Below are positions 20,457 through 25,218 of a stretch of 25,218 nt of DNA, in pieces. This DNA is from a virus, in the IMG/VR virus record IMGVR_UViG_3300032038_000603, positions 1 to 25,218 of that record; one strand, given 5' to 3'. A program made the translations under genes and the position numbers. The notes below the pieces were generated by a model. The model was not told where the DNA came from. It saw only the letters and a list, made by a program, of their open reading frames with translations, and ran no database searches. The stretch's first letter is position 1. Every line of letters starts with the position of its first letter.

Positions 20457-20753
20457 ATGTTAGAAAAAATAAAAATGCTACTTCATCTTGAGAATGATGA
20501 TGATAGTGACGAACTCCTTGTGGTGCTAATTGCTTTGTGCAAAGAAGAGGCTTATACCTATTGCAATTTAGAAGAATACTCCGATAAGCTCGATTTTGTT
20601 GTGATTCAAATGGTAATTGAAAGATATAACAGAATGGGAAGCGAAGGAGCTGTAAGTCAAAGTACATCTGGGGTATCAGCTTCATATACAGATTTTTACA
20701 GCGAAAAGGTAGTGAAGTTATTGAATAAACACAGAAAGGTGAAAATGCTATGA
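20457..20753 (+). CDS. Head-tail connector/adaptor protein (gp6-like)
   Basis: LHLENDDDSDELLVVLIALCKEEAYTYCN... is typical of the Phage_connect_1-type N-terminus. It is the first gene after the capsid gene. Confidence 0.7.
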   Translation: MLEKIKMLLHLENDDDSDELLVVLIALCKEEAYTYCNLEEYSDKLDFVVIQMVIERYNRMGSEGAVSQSTSGVSASYTDFYSEKVVKLLNKHRKVKML

Positions 20754-21052
20754 TCAAAAGAGATACATTACAAAGGGTCATAGTTACCCCTATTGATGAT
20801 GATATGGGTGGCAATTCTGTTTCTATAGAGCCTAAAGAAACCATTGTAGCTCATGTCTCTATTAATACAACATATAAAGATTTAACTCAATATGGAGTTA
20901 AAGACCAGATGTTATTACATGTGGTTTCTAGTATAAAACTTGATGAATATATTTATGCCAGATATGTTTTTTCAGAAAAATTGTTTAAAGTCATGAGACA
21001 AGTTAAAAATGGCAATGAATATTTTTCCGTCCTTATGGAAGTAAATGAATAA
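20750..21052 (+). CDS. Head closure / head-tail joining protein (SPP1 gp16-like)
   Basis: It has an ATGA overlap with the upstream gene. Its size and position fit, and the pattern is R......V.....D..GG......V.A.V. Confidence 0.6.
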   Translation: MIKRDTLQRVIVTPIDDDMGGNSVSIEPKETIVAHVSINTTYKDLTQYGVKDQMLLHVVSSIKLDEYIYARYVFSEKLFKVMRQVKNGNEYFSVLMEVNE

Positions 21053-21067
21053 GGAGGTTTATATAAA

Positions 21068-21397
21068 ATGCTTATATATGATAAAGAAACCAAGGCTATG
21101 AGTATTGTAGCAAAAGATACTGGTAGTTTTGGTTTTATATTAAACAACTATCAATTAGATGAAGGTGATGTAGTTTACTTTACTGTTAATACAGAATTAG
21201 AAAATGAAGATCCCAAGATTCAAAAGATAGTTAATAGTTTTCAAGATCATAAGGCTTTAATTCAGTTATCTAGTGCAGATACAGATATTCCAGTAGGAAA
21301 ATATTACTATGATATTCAAGTTAATACTGCGGATGGTCGTGTAGATACTATAGTTGGGCCTTATAAATTTAAAGTATTGGGGGGTGTAACATACTAA
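21068..21397 (+). CDS. Ig-like / BppU-N-like small structural protein (possible fibre anchor)
   Basis: GGAGG lies upstream. GDVVYFTV...IPVGKYYYDIQVNTADGRVDTIVGPYKFKV resembles Ig-like phage fibre-attachment domains. Confidence 0.4.
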   Translation: MLIYDKETKAMSIVAKDTGSFGFILNNYQLDEGDVVYFTVNTELENEDPKIQKIVNSFQDHKALIQLSSADTDIPVGKYYYDIQVNTADGRVDTIVGPYKFKVLGGVTY

Positions 21398-21398
21398 T

Positions 21399-22172
21399 AT
21401 GGCTAATGAAATTTATACAATCGATAATGAATTAGTTATTGAGGCTAGTTTATCAAACCCTACCTATAAAGGTGAAAGTGGAAAGACTCCTGTAAAATGG
21501 GTCGATTATTTTACTCCAGAAGATATTGTAGAAATTGCGGAACAAATTACTTCTTTAGAAGTAGAAGTGCCAACAAAATTAAGTGAACTGCAAAATGATG
21601 TTGGTTTTATTACTTCTTACACAGAAACTGACCCTACAGTACCTAGTTGGGCAAAACAATCTACGAAACCTAGTTATACTGCTAGTGAAGTTGGAGCTTT
21701 AGAATCCACAGCACCAGCGGCCGCAATCACTAATAATGATATTAGTAATTGGAATAATAAGTCTGATTTCAGTGGTTCTTATGAAGATTTAACTGACAAA
21801 CCAACCATTCCTAGTGCTTATACTCTTCCTGCTGCTTCTACATCTATTCTTGGAGGAGTTAAAGTAGATGGTTCTACTATTACTATTGATAATAATGGGA
21901 TTATTAGTTCTACTTCTTCTGGAGGAGGAGTTAGTTATACAGCTGGAAATAATATATCTATAAATAATGGAGTTATTTCTGCTACTGATACTGATACTAC
22001 TTATACAGCTGGAACGGGCATTAATATTGATGCAAATAATGAAATTAGTGTCACTGTTCAAGGACTTCCAACTCAGTCTTCTACAGATGGTACTTATATT
22101 CTTATGTCAACAGTGTCTTCTGGTGTTGCTACCCAATCTTGGGAATCTGTTACAGTAGGAGGTAGTTATTGA
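21399..22172 (+). CDS. Fibre protein (neck, head or tail fibre-like)
   Basis: The motifs are LSELQNDVGFIT, DPTVPSWAKQSTKPSYTASEVGA and YEDLTDKPTIP. Repeats of the type YTAGNNISINNGVIS / YTAGTGINIDANNEIS are typical of phage fibre shafts. Confidence 0.65.
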   Translation: MANEIYTIDNELVIEASLSNPTYKGESGKTPVKWVDYFTPEDIVEIAEQITSLEVEVPTKLSELQNDVGFITSYTETDPTVPSWAKQSTKPSYTASEVGALESTAPAAAITNNDISNWNNKSDFSGSYEDLTDKPTIPSAYTLPAASTSILGGVKVDGSTITIDNNGIISSTSSGGGVSYTAGNNISINNGVISATDTDTTYTAGTGINIDANNEISVTVQGLPTQSSTDGTYILMSTVSSGVATQSWESVTVGGSY

Positions 22173-23311
22173 TGGCTTATAGTTTAGAAAATACAATAGA
22201 TTTAACAAATCTTGCCAATGCTATTAGAGCAAAGACTGGTGGCAATAGTAGTATGACTGTTGCTGAAATGGCTACTGAAGTTAGCACTATTTCTGGTGGA
22301 GAGACAATAGACTCTAGAATATTTCAAATGCCTACTAATGTTCAATCTCTTTTTTCTGAGAATAGGTGGCAATATTTGCTTCAACAATATGCTGATAGAC
22401 TCGTTTTTCCTAGTTCTGGGGTATCTGGTTCAAGTATGTTTCAAGGATCATCATATTTAACTGATGAATTAGCTCCTATATCATTGGTATTGAATACACA
22501 ATCCACTTCTCATAGTATGTTTTATAATTGTAATGATTTAACAGATATACCTACATTGTCTGGGACTGTATACAATAATATAAATCAGATGTTTAGTGGT
22601 TGTTATAGGTTACGAACAATACCCGATGCAAAAGTAGCTAATTTAAATTTTTCTACAAACTTTAATAATTATGCTGGTTCAACTGGCGCTCAAAGTATTT
22701 TTCAAGACTGTAGGTCATTAAGGGCCATTCCAAGCCATCTTTTAACGCATATTTATACAAGTGGAACCAATGCGAATAGTAGTGGTTATGTTAATCAATT
22801 TAGGAATTGTTATTGTTTAGATGAAATTGTTGGTTTACATGTAAGTTCTACTCAGTCTAAAAAAGCAAATATGTTTTCAAGTACTTTTTATTGGTGTTGT
22901 AGATTAAAAAATTTAACTTTTATTACTAATAATGGAACTCCTTATTCAAGAACTTGGTCTAATCAAAGTATTGATTTAAGTACAGGTGTGGGGTATTTCT
23001 TCCCCACAACAGGTGCACTATTAGGAAACTCTGGAATTACCACTAATAAAGAAGTAACTGATGCAGCATCATATGCAGTTTTAAAAAGTGATCCAGATTG
23101 GTATACATTAGATGTAGCATATTCTAGATATAATCACGACTCAGCTGTAGCAACAATTAATTCTTTACCAGATTGCTCAGCAGGTTCTAACAATGTAATT
23201 ACATTTTTAGGTGCTTCAGGATCTGCAACTGATGGAGGAGCTATTAACACTTTAACCTCAGCAGAGATAGCGGTTGCTACTAATAAAGGATGGACCGTTA
23301 CTCTGGTATAA
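22172..23311 (+). CDS. BspA-type leucine-rich-repeat (LRR_5-like) protein
   Basis: AGGAGG at 22157-22162 precedes ATG 22172 (the track starts at TTG 22169). F..C..L..IP units recur: FYNCNDLTDIP, FSGCYRLRTIP, FQDCRSLRAIP, FRNCYCLDEI and FYWCCRLKNLT. Confidence 0.65.
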   Translation: MAYSLENTIDLTNLANAIRAKTGGNSSMTVAEMATEVSTISGGETIDSRIFQMPTNVQSLFSENRWQYLLQQYADRLVFPSSGVSGSSMFQGSSYLTDELAPISLVLNTQSTSHSMFYNCNDLTDIPTLSGTVYNNINQMFSGCYRLRTIPDAKVANLNFSTNFNNYAGSTGAQSIFQDCRSLRAIPSHLLTHIYTSGTNANSSGYVNQFRNCYCLDEIVGLHVSSTQSKKANMFSSTFYWCCRLKNLTFITNNGTPYSRTWSNQSIDLSTGVGYFFPTTGALLGNSGITTNKEVTDAASYAVLKSDPDWYTLDVAYSRYNHDSAVATINSLPDCSAGSNNVITFLGASGSATDGGAINTLTSAEIAVATNKGWTVTLV

Positions 23312-23323
23312 AGAGGTGTTTTT

Positions 23324-23929
23324 ATGGGTTTATATGCAGAATTTACTGTTCAACAGATGGGGTTCCCTACAGAGCTTAACCAAACAGTCCTAGGAGAAGA
23401 TTTATGGGTTGAGGTTGATTACTCTCAAGCTTTACAAGATGCTGTTGATACATTTTTAAGTATAGCAACAGATTTAGTCCCGGTTGATACGGGTTATTTA
23501 CAATCAACCATTGATGCTGGTTGTGATGATACTTCAGCTTGGTTTGAAGCTTATGCAGAATATGCTCAATATCCAGAATTTGGGACTTGGTGCCAAGATG
23601 CTCAACCATATTTTAGACCAGCTTTAGATGAAGCGGTTGCTGTATTTGGAGAAGGTGCTACAGAAGCTTATGATTGGGCGCAAGAAGAAATGCAAAATTT
23701 AATAGATGATGTAATTTCTGCGGCTCAAGAAGCTGCTATGGCAGAAATGGGGCCAGACTTTGGATCATATATGATTGGAACCCTTGCCGCAGTAGCACTA
23801 TTATTCATAGCTTTTCCACTTTTAGTCAATCTTTATGGAATTATGGACACAATAGGTAATTCTATGACTGGTGGAGGCAGCTATGCAAACTTTGGATCTG
23901 GTAGCTCTGTAGATATAATCATTACTTAA
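23324..23929 (+). CDS. HK97 gp10-like neck protein with a ~90-aa C-terminal extension containing a predicted transmembrane helix
   Basis: The gp10 pattern is present: LVPVDTGYLQSTI...AEYAQYPEFGT...AQPYFRPAL. A hydrophobic stretch MIGTLAAVALLFIAFPLLVNLYGIM follows, then a Gly/Ser tail. Confidence 0.6.
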   Translation: MGLYAEFTVQQMGFPTELNQTVLGEDLWVEVDYSQALQDAVDTFLSIATDLVPVDTGYLQSTIDAGCDDTSAWFEAYAEYAQYPEFGTWCQDAQPYFRPALDEAVAVFGEGATEAYDWAQEEMQNLIDDVISAAQEAAMAEMGPDFGSYMIGTLAAVALLFIAFPLLVNLYGIMDTIGNSMTGGGSYANFGSGSSVDIIIT

Positions 23930-23942
23930 AGGGGTTAATTAA

Positions 23943-24140
23943 ATGAATGATAGAATTTTTAGATTTGAGGCTCCAGAAGGAAAGCTTTATGACTGGGCAG
24001 AGCCTCGTTTTGCTTATATAAAAGATAAAGATGGGAATGAAACTCAAGAACAAGAACATCTTTATGCTAAGTATTTATGTTTGGGTCAGTTTGATCTTAT
24101 AGATAATTATATTTTAGTAGATGCTCCTCAGGAGGGGTAA
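23943..24140 (+). CDS. Hypothetical 65-aa protein
   Basis: GGGG lies upstream of the ATG. The gene is tightly packed between connector genes. Confidence 0.5.
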   Translation: MNDRIFRFEAPEGKLYDWAEPRFAYIKDKDGNETQEQEHLYAKYLCLGQFDLIDNYILVDAPQEG

Positions 24141-24142
24141 TA

Positions 24143-24562
24143 ATGTTAGAAAAAATTAAAACACAGTTTGTTCAGTTCTTAAAAGACCTGGGATACAGTG
24201 TTACCGACAATGGAACATATAAAGAAGAGTTTCCTTGGTTAATGGTTAGAACTGGAGGATATCAATCTACAGTAAGCTTAGATGTAAGATATGATATTGT
24301 AACTCTTACTTTAGATATTTTTTCTACCTACAATGGGGAACAAGAAATAATTAACATTGGTGAGAATATCATAAATCACTTACAAAATTTGCGGGCAGTG
24401 GCTCCAGAGATCACCGCAGTGGGACAAAACAGTATGGTTGTCCTAGGTGATAAGGAAACAGGGCCTGTCCGTAAACACGGAGTGCTTACTTATAGATTTG
24501 TTCTTGCTTCTGGATTACAAGAGGAGGAAGATGATGAAACAACAAGTGCAACAGGGAATTGA
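24143..24562 (+). CDS. Tail completion protein (DUF3168 / gp17-like)
   Basis: GGAGGGG lies upstream. It sits just before the major tail gene. The N-terminal pattern L..I...f..fL..lg and the size fit the family. Confidence 0.55.
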   Translation: MLEKIKTQFVQFLKDLGYSVTDNGTYKEEFPWLMVRTGGYQSTVSLDVRYDIVTLTLDIFSTYNGEQEIINIGENIINHLQNLRAVAPEITAVGQNSMVVLGDKETGPVRKHGVLTYRFVLASGLQEEEDDETTSATGN

Positions 24563-24920
24563 TGTAATTCTTTATATCAATAATAAAGCAGTTGCTGGAC
24601 AACAAAATGTAAGTTTAAACCGTTCTTCTTCTCCTTTGGATATTACAAATAAAATTACTGGAGATTGGCAAGAACGGTTAATTGGATTAAGAACCTGGAG
24701 TATTAATTGCTCTGGGCTTTATATTGTTAATTCTACAAGCTATTCTCTTTTGGAAGGTGCTTTTATGAATAACAATGATATAGAAGTTGAAATTAGAATT
24801 AAAGATAAAACTTATAAAGGTAACGCAATCATTACAAGCTTTCCCTTATCTGCTGGATATAATGGACAGTTTCAATATCGAATTGCGTTATTAGGTAATG
24901 GAGCTTTAGAAACCGTATGA
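24531..24920 (+). CDS. Major tail (tube) protein, TP901-1/phi13-like, 129 aa
   Basis: GAGGAGGA at 24521-24528 precedes ATG 24531 (the track ORF starts earlier, at 24447). The sequence is GIDVILYINNKAVAGQQNVSLNRSSSPLDITNK..GDWQERL.GLRTWSINCSGLY...YKGNAIITSF......G. Confidence 0.65.
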   Translation: MMKQQVQQGIDVILYINNKAVAGQQNVSLNRSSSPLDITNKITGDWQERLIGLRTWSINCSGLYIVNSTSYSLLEGAFMNNNDIEVEIRIKDKTYKGNAIITSFPLSAGYNGQFQYRIALLGNGALETV

Positions 24921-25218
24921 TTTTATATAAAAACAATATTCTATATAGTTTTAGGTTTGGACTTAAAGGGTTAATAATCTTAAACGATTTATTATATTTA
25001 AATGAAGACATTAAGTTGTTGACGTATTATGCTGGATTTATCACCGATCAACCTAATATGTCATTACAAGATGTTCAATCCTTACTAATGGAATGTTCTG
25101 ATAATCAAATCGATTTATTAAACACGTATATTGATAAAAATTTATCTCTAAAATCTCCTTTAGAAATCGAGGAGCTATACACCAGAATCGTAGGAGAAAT
25201 GGGTATAGCTCCTTCTGA
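24917..25218 (+). CDS. Tail assembly chaperone-like protein, 5' part (runs off the window; continues as 3..425)
   Basis: ATG 24917 overlaps the major tail protein stop (ATGA). I translated it by hand as MILYKNNILYSFRFGLKGLIILNDLLYLNEDIKLLTYY..., with no stops to the window end. Confidence 0.6.
   Translation, partial: MILYKNNILYSFRFGLKGLIILNDLLYLNEDIKLLTYYAGFITDQPNMSLQDVQSLLMECSDNQIDLLNTYIDKNLSLKSPLEIEELYTRIVGEMGIAPS
25005..25218. repeat. Terminal direct repeat, copy 2 (equals 1..214)
   Basis: See copy 1. The single difference is C25123 versus T119. Confidence 0.95.

Noticed and set aside
20431-20844. Minus-strand 137-aa ORF
   Set aside because: It is antisense to two translationally coupled connector genes and overlaps the capsid terminator. 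It has no RBS.
20457-24160. Connector gene 20457 and tail-completion gene 24143 both start ATGTTAGAAAAAAT(A/T)AAAA (MLEKIK) after a GGAGG
   Set aside because: The similarity ends after about 18 nt and 6 codons, and the rest of the two proteins is unrelated. It is most likely chance in AT-rich, Lys-rich N-termini.
24447-24530. Longer 157-aa version of the major tail protein starting at 24447
   Set aside because: The upstream extension lies entirely within the tail-completion gene. ATG 24531 has a GAGGAGGA RBS and begins the conserved part of the protein.
1-25218. CRISPR array, or alternative genetic code (TGA or TAG recoding)
   Set aside because: I saw no regularly spaced 25-40-nt direct repeats. 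Long ORFs, including one of 2947 codons, are open in the standard code, use TGG for Trp, and end on TAA, TGA or TAG with tight gene packing.

Overview
The window appears to be one complete, wrap-around copy of an AT-rich, roughly 25-kb temperate siphovirus-like element. All protein-family calls below come from reading motifs by eye, with no searches run.

**Genome closure.** Bases 1-214 recur at 25005-25218 (213/214 identical). The unit length is therefore 25,004 bp, and one gene (24917..wrap..425) spans the junction.

**Head module (+ strand, SPP1-like).**
- Small terminase
- PBSX-type large terminase
- Portal
- gp7/MuF-like minor head protein
- Scaffold
- Major capsid protein

**Connector and tail genes.** Four head-tail connector genes are interrupted by a three-gene cassette (Ig-like, fibre, BspA-type LRR). 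A small major tail protein and a tail-assembly-chaperone-like gene follow.

**What stands out in the tail module.**
- There is no recognisable tape measure gene where one is expected.
- That position holds a 76-aa ORF and an 8.8-kb ORF of 2947 aa, about 35% of the genome.
- The first ~125 residues of the giant ORF look like the N-domain of a distal tail protein (Dit).
- The rest consists of at least a dozen ~83-aa beta-rich MucBP-like repeats, three paralogous lectin/jelly-roll-like modules, and several SH3b-like domains.
- The matching Dit C-domain appears as a separate 116-aa ORF immediately downstream, followed by a short Tal (gp27-like) gene.

**Non-structural region (10.9-14.2 kb).**
- A tRNA-Ala(GGC)-like 3' fragment embedded in a cluster of 12-mer repeats, a putative attP.
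- A tyrosine integrase.
- One minus-strand 62-aa gene with a palindromic operator.
- A promoter-to-terminator non-coding unit of about 220 nt.
- Two free-standing homing endonucleases (NUMOD4/HNH and GIY-YIG) and a ribbon-helix-helix (RHH) protein.

**What I could not find.** No replication, repressor, holin or endolysin genes were recognisable.
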